DNA from: Carcharhinus longimanus
Taxonomy: Eukaryota
Reading direction: 5' to 3'
Length of the DNA stretch: 64,000 bases
Assembly (NCBI GenBank): GCA_030264375.1
Contig: JASCQW010000119.1
Location: 43,419,116-43,483,115 of the forward strand
This document shows, piece after piece, positions 51,891 through 64,000 of the stretch. The notes beneath the pieces were generated by a model that saw nothing but the letters and a program-made list of their open reading frames with translations, was not told where the DNA came from and made no database searches. The translations under genes and the position numbers were made by a program. Each line of letters starts with the position of its first letter. The first letter of the stretch is position 1.

Positions 51891-53859
51891 GATTGAACAA
51901 AAATTATATGGTTTTTGGTTTTGGTTATGGGCCGCATTTTTACAGAATGCAAAAATTTTCAAAGTTTATTTGCATGTGCATACGTTTTAAGTAGAGGCAA
52001 ACAAAATTTCCTCGGTTAGGTGCTACGAAACCTAATAGTTTGTGGAACATAGAGGGGTGAGGAGATGAGTGAATACAGTTTTAAAGAAAAACTGAACTCA
52101 GAATGGAGTTGAAAGTGCAATACACCTTTTATGGAAAGCATATAAAATGCTATTAAGGTGAGGAGACTTTTGAGAAGTTGTGAAGTGCCAGAAGAAAAAG
52201 TTGCTGTTGGTGAACTGTGGATAAGGAGTAATGTGGTCAGTATGGAATGTGTGATGTACAGTTGGAAGAGAAGGCAGCGCTGGTTGAAGATTAAGGTATT
52301 GAAATCAATTTGTCAGATTGTCAAATGGTTAAAATCCAAGACGAGGTATGTGGACATATTTGTATCACTGTAGGCTCAGAATGAATTGTAATTTGTGCAG
52401 AGTTGAAGCTGTCTATATTTAAGAAATCATACTTTGGGATGATAAAATTTTGATGCTAGCTGGGGGAGAAGTGAGTCTGATTTCCATGAAGACGGAAGAA
52501 AGCCGACATGGTAGGGTAATGGAATAGTAACAATTTAAAAAGGTTAAGCAGCTAAGATGCTGCACCTCTGGATTTAATTTGACATTGCATCTGAGATGTT
52601 TATGGAATCAAAGCTGAACATTTGTAGGTGCAGTGGGAGCTGAGAAATTGAGTTTGTTTTCAAAAACATAGCATTTCATGAGTCTTCAAGATATCCACGC
52701 TCTGTTTAGACAATCCTAAAGTGCATCATATGGAATTTGAATGTTGACTTTGGTTCTGCATATTCTGTGTTTTTGAGACTCAAATTGACATGCAGATAAT
52801 GTGAAGTGATCTTAAATTATCTCAAAGCTGGAGGTTTGGTTATGGCTTTCAAATGGCTATTGTTGTCAGGCAGCTAATTTGAGGTAGAAGATTAAAGCGT
52901 GCACAAACTTAGGTTCCAATAACACCTTTCAGAATACAAAAAAACTTGTCTTGGAGTCAGATGATGAATTGTTTTGACTTTTTGGCTGTGATTAATCAGT
53001 GTTGTATCAGGTTACATAAACTTTAAATCTAAATCCGTGTATATTTCTTAGAACTTGGTTTTCTAAGCATTGAGCTATGTTTTGTAAGTTCAGAACACAG
53101 GACAAATTAGCAACTAAAATATAAATGCAAAAGGAACTGAGTTGTTTAGAGAAGTGGCAACATTTTTAAAAAAAATATTCAATTTCAATTTTTTGTGGAT
53201 TTAAAATATGTTTCAGCAGACCATACACAGTAAAAGCATAGGCAACCTATTATTAAGAGTTATATCCTTTTGGGGTAGAAAATCAACTGTCTTTAACCTT
53301 TCTGGTTTGAATGCGACTCCAATCCACACCAGTGTGGTTTAAGAGGCCTAGTAAGCAGTCCAGTTGTGTCCGCGGTAAATGGACAACAAATGCTGACCTG
53401 CCAGCCATACCCACATCCTGTGAATAAATTATTTAAAATTAACTTTAAACTACCCATGAAACTTTATTGGAGTTCCAGTAAGAGTCCTGAATGCATGGAA
53501 AGCATTTTCCCGAGATTTCCCTAGAATGACCTGTCAGAGCATCGCCAACTTGTGTTCACAGCTCAGATACCTATAACTTAGTAACCAGTTTGGCTCTCCC
53601 TGCACCATTTCAATGTCTGCTATCTTTTCTATAATACAGTGACTCGAACTACACACAGTATTTGGGGATATAGTTGTATCAATAACTTGCACTGTCTCAT
53701 CACTGGTTTATACTGATAGACATTGATAATTTCATCAATACTAAGTTTGTCTCTTTAATGAAGCTTGTTTATGCAGATATTGATTTAAAATTGAGGATTA
53801 ATGATGGAAATTAAACATAAGGTTTCAGCACAATCCAAATAAGAAGGTATGCTGTTAAA

Positions 53860-54240
53860 AGGATGGTAACAGTGGTAGTGTTACTGGAGGAATAATCCAG
53901 AGGCATGAGTTCAAATTCCACCGTGGCATTGGAAATTCAATTGAATAATAAATCAGGCATAAAATTCCAGTCTCAATAAGAATGATCATGAAACGGTTTT
54001 TGTAAAAGCCCATCTGGCTCAGTCGTGTCGTCCGGGGGGAAAATCTGCCTCCTTTATCTGATCTGGCCTGCATGTAACTTCAGATCTACAACAATATGGT
54101 TTGTTCTTAACTGCTCTCTGAAATGGCCAATCTACATCATGGAGACTGCAGAGGCTCAAGAAGATGGTTCAAGGGCAATTAGTGATGAACAATAAATGCT
54201 GGACTTTCCTGCAGCAACCACATCCTCAGTCCATTTTTAA
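53860..54240 (+). mobile_element. tRNA-headed head+tail SINE
   Basis: tggtaacagtggtagtgttactgg..taatccagaggcatgagttcaaattccacc..gggcaattagtgatgaacaataaatgctgg..ccacatcc. Confidence 0.75.
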
Positions 54241-54364
54241 AAAATGCAGGGAATTTTGAGCACATTGTCAAATAGATAGATGAGTTCAAAGCAGTTAATT
54301 TTATAATTTTTTTATTCATTCGTGGGACATGGGTGTTACTGGTTGGCCAGCATTTATTGCTCAT

Positions 54365-55750
54365 CCCGAAGTGGACAGTGCGGAAGGCTGTTACAGGTTA
54401 CAGAGGGACATAGGTAACCTGCAGAGCTGGGCTGAGAGGTGGCAAATGGAGTTTAATGCAGAAAAGTGTGAAGTGATTCACATTGGAAGGTGTAACAAGA
54501 ATAGCGTGTTGGGCCAATAGTAATAGTATTTGGCAGTGTGGATGAGCAGAGAGATCTCGGTGTCCATGTGCATAGATCCCTGAAACTTGGCACCCAGGTT
54601 GATAGGGTTGTTAAGAAGGTGTACAATGTGTTAGCTTTTATTGGTAGAGGGATTGAGTTTTGGGGCCATGAGGTCATGTGGCATCTGTACAAAACTCTGT
54701 TGTGGCCGCAATTGGAGTTCTGGCTTAATGTACGGTTCTGATCGCAGCATTATAGGAAGGATGTGGAAGCATTGGCAAGGGTGCAGAGGAGATTTACAGG
54801 ATGCTTCCTGGTATGATAGGAAGGTCTTATGAGGAAAGGCTGAGGGACTTGAGGCTATCTTCGTTAGAGAGAAGATTGACTTAATAGAGGCATATAAGAT
54901 GATCAGAGGATTAGATAGGGTGGACAGTGAGAGCCTTTTTCCTCGGATGGTGATGGCTAGCACAAGGGGACATAGCTTTAAATTGANNNNNNNNNNNNNN
55001 NNNNNNNNNNNNNNNNNNNNNNNNNNNNNNNNNNNNNNNNNNNNNNNNNNNNNNNNNNNNNNNNNNNNNNNNNNNNNNNNNNNNNNACTTGGTAGTGTGG
55101 ATGAGCAGAGAGATCTTGGTGTCCATGTGCATAGATCCCTGAAAGTTGGCACCCAGGTTGGTAGGGTTGTTAAGAGGGCATATGGAGTGTTAGCTTTTAT
55201 TGGTAGAGGGCTTGAGTTTCGGAGCCATGAGGTCATTTTGCAGCTGTACAAAACACTGGTGCGGCCGCACTTGGTGTATTGCGTACAGTTCTGGTTGCCA
55301 CATTATAGGGAGGATGTGGAAACTTTGGAAAGGGTGCAGAGGAGGAAAGGCTGAGGGACTTGAGGCTGTTTTCGTTAGAAGAAGGTTAAGAGGCGATTTA
55401 ATAGAGGCATACAAGGTGATCAGAGGATTAGATAGGGTGGACAGTGAGAGCTTTTTTCCTCGGATGGAGATGGCTAGCACGAAGGGACATAGCTTTAAAT
55501 TGAGGATCGATGGATATAGGACAGATGTCAGAGGTAGGCTCTTTACTCAGAGAGTAGTAAGGGCATGGAATGCCCTGCCTGCAACAGTAGTGGACTGGCC
55601 AACGTTAAAGGTATTTAAATGGTCATTGGATAAACACATGGGTGATACTAGAATAGTGTAGGTTAGATGGGCTTTAGATTGGTTTCACAGTTCGGCGCAA
55701 CATCGAGGACTGAAGGGCCTGTACGGCACAGTAATGTTCAATGTTCTAAT
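54365..55750 (+). mobile_element. Young CR1 (HER1-like) LINE 3' region, present twice in tandem around an N gap
   Basis: LQRDIGNLQSWAERWQMEFNAEKCEVIH, EQRDLGVHVHRSLKV, LYKTLVRPHL.YCVQFW.PHY, RLRGDLIEAYK, WNALP; 54529-54985 is repeated at 55087-55503. Inserted into an antisense SINE (54310-54365 and 55770-56000). Confidence 0.92.
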
Positions 55751-56721
55751 TGACGTTGAAACTGATTTGCCATTTCAGAGGGGAGTTGCTTTCCTTCCCT
55801 AAAGGACATTATTGAACCAGATGGGTTTTATCCGACAATCAACAAAGGCTTTGTGGGCATCAGTAGATTCTTATTTCCACATATTTTTTATTGAATTCAA
55901 ATTCCACCATCTAGCATGGCAGGGTTTGAACACAGGTCCCCAGAACATTAGCTGAGTTTCTGGATTAATAGTCTAGTGATACCATTCAGCCATTGCCTTC
56001 CCTATAAAATTACTTGTGTAATTTTTGTTGCTGTTTTGAGTTCTGACAATCTGACAGTCTATGATGAACCAAATGCTTCTAAAGGTAATGAGTTTTATCA
56101 TTAACTCTACAAACTATGGTAAATGCCTTATGTGTACTGTCAGAGTAATATTGCTGCTCTGGGGACAATTGTTAACATGCTGCAGTTGGATATGATAATG
56201 CTTATAAAGTTAATTTAGAATTTTAATCTAGTGTGCTTTCTGTTCCCACTGGCCTTAAATCTGATGCATTAACTTTTCCAAATAATGTAAGTTGAAATAA
56301 GGTAAAAGTTCTGTGATTTCATGCAGTAATGAACTTCATGGTAAACATTTGAGATGATGGTGTCACAAAAATAAAGATCTCCTATTGACAAAATTACTTT
56401 TTGACAGATGTATGTTTTTATTATTTGTTATTGTCTGAATATAGCTCTGCCTCTGGATAACCTGATGCTGCATGTTCTAAGTACCAATTAGCATGATAAA
56501 TGATTCTTCATTATTTATGTAGATAATTATATAGAACAAAGAAATAGGCCATATGGCCCAATTGGTCTAAGCTTTGTATAAGCCTCTTCCCACCTGACCT
56601 CATCTAACCCAATCTGCATGTGCTCATATTTCTGTACCCATTGCAATACATTAAGCCAGAATTCCCAAGTTTTAAGATTTTAAGATCTTTTAAGATTGAA
56701 GGTGGCACAAACCTCTAAATG

Positions 56722-56985
56722 GGTCGGCACCGTGGTTAGCACTGCTGCCTTACAGCGCCAGGGACCCAGGTTTGATTTCCAGCTTGGGTCACTGTCTGAA
56801 ATTTGCATGTTCTCCCCATGTCTGTGTGGGTTTCCTTCTGGTGCTCCAGTTTCATCCCACAGTCTGAAAGAAGTGCTGGTTAGGTGCATTGACCTGAACA
56901 GGCACTGGACTGTGGCAACTAGGGGAATTTCACAGTAACTTCATTGCAGTTTTAATGTAAGCCTTACTTGTGACAAATAAATAAA
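56722..56985 (+). mobile_element. V-SINE (second tail type)
   Basis: ggcaccgtggttagcactgctgccttacagcgccagggacccagg...ggcaactaggggaatttcacagtaacttcattgcag..aataaataaac. Confidence 0.9.
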
Positions 56986-58194
56986 CATTAACAAATACTT
57001 GCTGGTGAAATATAATTAATCTCAAACAGAGAAATGGTGGCAACCTAGAATGTGGAAAACGTGTATCTTGAAATACTGGCAGGCTGTAAATAAGTTTAGA
57101 TTTTTTTTTCAAAGAATGAGTTAAATTAGTTTAAAATATTTTCCACTTCGAACTGTAATGACTAGTTTATGATTTGCTTCAGATTTTATCTTCGCTGTGC
57201 AAAATGAATTCTGATAACTCCTGTTCAAAATCATTTATTGAATTCATTTAAATTTGCCCAAAGTCTCTGTCAGAGTGTGCATTGTGAACAAAGGCGTTTT
57301 TAACCTTAAAGTTCAACCTTGCCCATCTTCTACAAAGTGCTCCAAGGTAGGCTAAGTATTTCAACAATACTGGCAAAATTAGCAAAGCAATGGATAAAAC
57401 TCAACGTAATTTAGCTCCACAGATTATTTAGAATAATCTCTACAATACTTGGAGTTCAATAAAATAAAGCAAACTGGTACAATGTGTAAATACATATTAC
57501 AAATGAGCTTTGGCAAATATTGTGATTGTTTTGAGATTTGTGTTCTGATTTGAATTCTTTGATTGAAATTTTATAAACTAGTAGGTTATCCATTGCATTC
57601 ATCATTCAGTTGATGAATACGGGTTTCTCTCTGCATGATATATGTGAGAAGAGTTAGAAGTGAAACTTCAGAAATTTCCTTTAGCAGGACAGAACCTGCT
57701 ACTCCATTGTGACAACAAAATTCAAGCAGAAAATGCTGTTGTAACAATATAGGGTGATAAATGTTTTTACCTTCTTCTGTCTCTCACGCATTCGTCCTTC
57801 TTTCCCTTTTTTGATTTTTGTACACAGTTTGATGTGAAATTATCTATTTTAGCTTAACACTTCATGGTTCAGGCCCTTCCATTTTATTGACCAAAGGAGA
57901 CATACAAGTCACAGGTTTCGTCTGATAGCACTGTGCTGCTTTGACTCCAATAACTGCAAGTTGCAATTTAGAATCCTATAGAGAGTAAATCTGATGAATG
58001 CTAGCATTAGTTATTCACTGCTGACTGCAAAATCCTGGCTGATCAATTACTTCCATCAACTGCATTATCAGATTGTGCCTCAATATCTGTAAATGTATTT
58101 TTGTTGTTACCAACACTTAATTTCTATAGTAACATTCTGATTTGGTTTTGAGTATGTATTGTAATACTTCTTGTTAACATTGCATGCTTGTTAC

Positions 58195-58430
58195 TTAAAA
58201 ACAGAAAACACTGGAAATACTCAGCATGCCTGGCAGCAGCTGTGAGAAGAAGAAACAGTTGACATCTATGGTTAATCCTTCATCATGACTTTGATAGATC
58301 TGATGGCGAGTCACTGACCTGAAAAATTAGCTCAGTTTCTCTCTTCACAAATGCTGCCAGACCAGCAGAATGTTTTTTGCATTTTCTGTTTTTGTTTCAG
58401 ATTTCAGTGTATGCAGTATTTTGCTTTTGC
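58195..58430. mobile_element. Palindromic PLE-derived short element
   Basis: aaaacagaaaacactggaaatactcagc..tggcagca is mirrored by tgctgccagaccagcag..cattttctgtttttg. Confidence 0.75.
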
Positions 58431-58984
58431 ATGTTTTTCATAGTATTGTACTGCCCTCTGATTTACTCTTTTCCGTGCGAAAGAAGACTTTAGCCTATCA
58501 AGTTCATTTTGTCTAAGAATATGGAGTAATATAATTTTAACAAGTTTATTTAAGCTTCTTGACCAATACTGCACAAATTACTGCGCTTGCATTAAGCCTT
58601 TTTCAGCTAAGACATGTAATTAAAATAATAACCGAGGATTAACTATCTGCGGTAATTTTTCTCCATTTCTAATATATCCCTGCATAGATATGCTCTGAAG
58701 TTTATAATTTTTTATTTATCTATTTTTATAATTATATATGTCATGTTTATTTACTAACCTGATAATTACAAGTGCAGTTTCTACTCCTACCTGGTCAAAT
58801 GCCCTATTCAAAATTGTCACCAAAACATTCTTGTTTCTGTAAATATAACACAATTTTCCTATTGCTGTTTTGTAAATTTAGATGTGTCCCATTTGTTTTG
58901 ATGAGCCCCAGAATATTTTGAGACTGTGTCTAGAATGCAAGCATATTTATGAGATTGATTCAGTATTTTGGGTTCAACACCCAC

Positions 58985-59625
58985 TCCAGAATTTGAATGC
59001 CAAAATCAACACTGACATTCTAGTGTGGTACAGAGGGAGTGCAACACTGCTGGCTGTGCAGTTTTTTGGATGAAGTGTTAAACTGAGGCATCTACCCTTT
59101 CTGCTTGAAATAAAAGGTCTGTGATACTTTGAGGAAATCAGTATTACTCTTTGGGCTGAATGGCCTCCTTCTACACTGTAGGGATTCTGTGGATTCTATA
59201 GATGACCAGGAACAACGTAATTCAAAGAAAACCACAACTTCNNNNNNNNNNNNNNNNNNNNNNNNNNNNNNNNNNNNNNNNNNNNNNNNNNNNNNNNNNN
59301 NNNNNNNNNNNNNNNNNNNNNNNNNNNNNNNNNNNNNNNNNTGCTGTTTGTTGAGTTTGCTATGCACAAACTGACTGCCATGTTTTCTACATTACAACCG
59401 TGACTACCAGTGTTCCATCTAATTAACCTTCACACTTCACACAATGCAGTGTGGCTGCACCTCCACATGTGCTAAAGGAAGTATTGCCTGTGTGTAGTCT
59501 ATTAATTTCTTGCACAATACAAGTTTAGAAGAAAGGCTATGTCTACACTTCAAAAAGTACTTTGGCTATAAAACAGTTTAGGACATTGTGTGGTTGTGAA
59601 AGGTTATCTATAAATGCAAATTTTT
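58985..59625 (+). mobile_element. DeuSINE relic with nested inserts (SINE tail ~59140-59200, MITE-like ~59408-59539) and a gap
   Basis: cagagggagtgc..gtgttaaactgaggc ... tgctgtttg..tgctatgcacaaactgactgccatgttttctacattacaaccgtgactac|insert|acttcaaaaagtac..gttgtgaaagg..tataaatgcaa. Confidence 0.7.
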
Positions 59626-59722
59626 TTTGTTTTGTTTTCCATCTATTATTTTTGATCATGTTAATCGCCAATTTAAACATAGTGTTTTTAAGAATTAAGA
59701 TTTACCTTTATGTTTTAATTGA

Positions 59723-59980
<258 letters not shown>

Positions 59981-60781
59981 TGAACAAATCTGTTTTGCCA
60001 AAATAAATCTTCACCTGAAAATTTTTTTTTTCTTTAGTATTGAGACCTGGGACAACTGAAGCTTTTATATTGAGCGAAAAATAACTTCTAAATTAAGCTG
60101 TTTCAAATAATAAAAATGGATATAGTTAGTAATATACAAATCTGTCAGAATTTGTGAAAAGAAAGGGCAGGTTAATGCTTTGGGTGTAATTACCATTGGT
60201 TTATTTTTCCCAATTATAATTTGCTATGAATGTCGGTGTTAAATAAAATAGCATTATTAAGATCAAAAGTGTTACTGTTCTTGTGTTTGGACTGGTTTGT
60301 GGTGATCACTGCTCTAAAACTGTGCCATCANNNNNNNNNNNNNNNNNNNNNNNNNNNNNNNNNNNNNNNNNNNNNNNNNNNNNNNNNNNNNNNNNNNNNN
60401 NNNNNNNNNNNNNNNNNNNNNNNNNNNNNNNNNNNNNNNNNNNNNNNNNNNNNNNNNNNNNNNNNNNNNNNNNNNNNNNNNNNNNNNNNNNNNNNNNNNN
60501 NNNNNNNNNNNNNNNNNNNNNNNNNNNNNNNNNNNNNNNNNNNNNNNNNNNNNNNNNNNNNNNNNNNNNNNNNNNNNNNNNNNNNNNNNNNNNNNNNNNN
60601 NNNNNNNNNNNNNNNNNNNNNNNNNNNNNNNNNNNNNNNNNNNNNNNNNNNNNNNNNNNNNNNNNNNNNNNNNNNNNNNNNNNNNNNNNNNNNNNNNNNN
60701 NNNNNNNNNNNNNNNNNNNNNNNNNNNNNNNNNNNNNNNNNNNNNNNNNNNNNNNNNNNNNNNNNNNNNNNNNNNNNNNNN

Positions 60782-61500
60782 GGACTGGTGAAATGACCAA
60801 ACAAAATACGAAATTTGACACCGAAGAGTGTGAAGTGATTCATTTCAGTAGGAAGAATGAATGAAGGTAATATGAATTACATTGTGAAATTTTAAAGGAG
60901 GTGCAGGAACAGAGATGTACATATGCAAATATTTGACGATAGTACATTCAGAATCCTTGGCCTCACAATAAGAACAAAAGCAAGGAAGTTTAAACTTTAT
61001 GAAACACTAGTTAGACCCCAGCTGGAGTATTGAGTCCAATTCTTGGCACTACCATTTAGAAAAGATTTTTAAGGCTTTGAAGAGGTGTTGAACACAGCTT
61101 GTTAGAGTGGCATCAAGGCGATGGGACTTCAATTCTGTGGATAGGCAAGAGAAGCTGGGATTGTTTTCCTTAGAGCAGAAAAGATTAAAGGGAGATTTGA
61201 TATCTTAAAAATCTTGAAGAGCAATGATAAAGAGAAATGGTTTCCAGTGGCAAATAGATTTGTAACCAGATCACAGATTTAAGGTAATTGGCAAATGATT
61301 AGTTTTTTTTTAGCAAGTTGTGTGCTGCCTGGAATGTACTGCCTGGGGCAGATTCAGTATTTACTTTCGAAAAAGAGTTGGATAAATACTTGGGGGAAAA
61401 TAATTGTAGGGCTATGCAGAAGGAGCAGGAAAATGGGACTAATTGGCTAGCTTTTCAAAAAAGTTGCAGACCTTCTGCGCTTCATTATTCTATGATTCTG
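60782..61500 (+). mobile_element. Decayed CR1 3' fragment
   Basis: KFDTEECEVIHFSRKN, ctttatgaaacactagttagaccccagctggagtattg (LY.TLVRPQLEY), tail tattctatgattct. Confidence 0.85.
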
Positions 61501-61937
61501 TAAATGATTGGATTTAAGATTGATTAAATGAAATTATTTCTGGAAAACATTTCAATTTAATTTCTGTGCGAGTCCAGTTAAATTAAGTTTCTTTCTCCCA
61601 TGTTGTTTGTTTAATTTATAACTAAATTAGGTTTATTTTTGAAATCAGTAAGCACTTAAAAAATGGTGTAATGTTTGTTTCAGTCTTTAGCAGAATTCAA
61701 TAATTGCTCTTGTTTTTTCTATTGGTGACTTATCAATGTTTTGAGAAGTTTGAGTAAATACAAACACAAAATGTGCAATGTCTATAAAATATTTACTGCT
61801 ATCCCTCACAGTGTGGTAAAATAGTTATTTGTTCTGCAGATGTTTATAAGCATTAGTTTGGCTGGAGAAGCATGTTATACTGATAGAGCCCCTTGACATC
61901 ATTAAACTAATCCACACGTAACCATAAGAAGCCACAG

Positions 61938-62125
61938 TAGCAAAGTAATGTGGATGCTGGAAACAGAAAATGCTGGAAATACTTAGCAGATCTGGCAGCA
62001 TCTTGTGGAAAGAGAAACTGAAGTTAACATTTCAGGTAGATGTCCCTTCATCAGTTCTGATGAAAGGTGACGGACCGGACATATTAACTCACTTTCTCTC
62101 TCTACAGATGCTGCAAGACCTGAAT
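61938..62125. mobile_element. Palindromic PLE-derived element with two back-to-back hammerhead-like cores
   Basis: Arms ctggcagcatct..agagaaac..gttaa and ttaac..tttctctc..agatgctgc flank the centre ttcatcag-tt-ctgatgaa. Confidence 0.75.
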
Positions 62126-62422
62126 AGTAAAAGTTGCTTGTGTTGTGCTACATTTTATTTCGGTAGAAGGGTCACAACCATCACCTGCCTTTTTCACCAA
62201 ATGCTAACAAGAGAATGGGTATTGTGTTTGGTCATCGCAGTGTAAGCATATATTGTGATGTATTTTATGTTTAAGGTGGGGCTGCTTTAAGAAGTGGTTT
62301 GTTACAGGAGTTGATTTGTCAGGGAAAAATATGCAACTCAAATGCTGACAATGCAGGATAACTGATTTTAGCGAGGAATGCCTTACTTCATAGAATTCAT
62401 GGACTTTTTGACTATTTAGGAT

Positions 62423-62765
62423 GAAAGCAAATTACTGCGGATGCTGGAATCTGAAACCAAAAGAGAAAACGCTGAAAAGTCTCAGCAGGTCTGGCAACGT
62501 CTGTAAGGAGATAAAAGAACTGACGTTTTGAGTCTGGCTGACCCTTTGACAAAACTTTGACAAAACTCTGACAAAGGGAGCTCTCACAACATTAGCTCTT
62601 TTCTGTCCTTACAGATGCTGCCAGACCTGCTGAGATTTTCCAGTGTTTTCNNNNNNNNNNNNNNNNNNNNNNNNNNNNNNNNNNNNNNNNNNNNNNNNNN
62701 NNNNNNNNNNNNNNNNNNNNNNNNNNNNNNNNNNNNNNNNNNNNNNNNNNTTTGGTTTTGATTAT
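62423..62765. mobile_element. Palindromic PLE-derived element (gapped)
   Basis: ctcagcaggtctggcaacgtctgtaagga is mirrored by tccttacagatgctgccagacctgctgag; the centre has a three-copy 11-bp repeat, ctttgacaaaa. Confidence 0.8.
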
Positions 62766-63360
62766 TTAGATTGGCCTTGATTTTAGATGAGGTATGTAGG
62801 GTTATGTTGTTGAGTAGGTTGATTAACAGGAACAGAGTCATGTGGTTAATGGGAGCTAAGCTTACAGGAAATAAGTTTCATTTTCATTTCAAAAATAGAG
62901 CCGTTGCTGTCTGGAGCTGGTGCAAGAAGTGTGGGGGGAGGGTGCAATACTGCGCTCTCTCTCCCACTGTTCTCCCTTCTCCCCCTCTCCCCCTTCTCTC
63001 TGTTTCCACCCCCCCCATCCTTTCCTCACAATTCCAAAATAGAAGAAATGTCGGGACGTATTCTGGTTTCATAACATTACTTGGGGTTTCTGATTTGGTC
63101 CCCGAACAGCAGCATGGTGATGCAGCGGAACAGCAAGTATGGAAAGGCCACAGTTGGGCATTCTTTTGAAGTGTCGTCGTGTGAAATCATAGAATTAACT
63201 TCCCACAGTATTGGTGACTTTGTGAGCTGAGAAATATCAATTTTCATGTGAAGACATTAGGAGTAATAAAACATCAGAATATTTTGTCAGAACTTCCCTG
63301 TATAATTTACTGACGACCTGCTAATACAGTTATAATTTATTTATGTATAATTTGTTTCAG

Positions 63361-63644
<284 letters not shown>

Positions 63645-64000
63645 TGAACTATTAGTTAATACATGCATTTATATATTTCGTTCATGAATATTCAGGCATA
63701 ATTCAGACTACAATATGCTTTTGAACTATACATAATATAAATTTTGTAAGACCTGTTGACTCCTTTGTCCTTGTAAACTACAGTCCCATCTCCAACCCCT
63801 TTTCTCCAAAATCCTTACGTGTTGTCACCTCATACATGGAATCGTATGAAAGGGAACATGAATCTGTTCCATGTATGAATCTCTACAATCAGGTTTCTGG
63901 CCCAGAACAGAAATAGCCCCCAAGGTCACAAATGTTGTTCTTTGTGATGGTAATCATAATTTATTACCTTTCCTCCAATCTCCTTGATCTGTCTTCAGCC

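Noticed and set aside
54329-55661. RT-like ORFs as an active retrotransposon or host gene
   Set aside because: 5'-truncated, frameshifted CR1 ORF2 fragments only.

Overview
Eukaryotic draft-assembly sequence with many N gaps, AT-rich and repeat-dense. It is almost certainly from a cartilaginous fish (shark/ray): it carries HE1/V-SINE-, DeuSINE-, CR1- and Penelope-type repeats and a 195-aa CSP ending in ...SYHTE. Two intron-containing genes lie head-to-head across one CpG island (~50.2-51.3 kb). On the minus strand is DNAJC5 (cysteine string protein alpha): four coding exons (19188-19082, 14611-14398, 12785-12611, 10037-9946; 588 nt, 195 aa), a ~31 kb first intron and a probable ~6 kb 3'UTR. 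On the plus strand is GID8 (TWA1, CTLH complex): coding exons 59774-59891 and 63361-63557, continuing beyond the window. Almost all ORFs in the supplied track are spurious or decayed transposon fragments. No prokaryotic-type system, CRISPR, rRNA or true tRNA gene is seen. Main second-look items: an in-frame TAA (E56*) in an otherwise conserved GID8 exon; a candidate 33-nt in-frame DNAJC5 microexon; a TGA-TTT-CAT-TAA fossil tail at the CSP C-terminus; short palindromic Penelope-derived elements with hammerhead-ribozyme-like cores; a 68-bp near-perfect inverted repeat in DNAJC5 intron 1; and a tRNA-headed, apparently ORF1-less LINE with head+tail SINE derivatives. Repeat boundaries were read by eye and are approximate.
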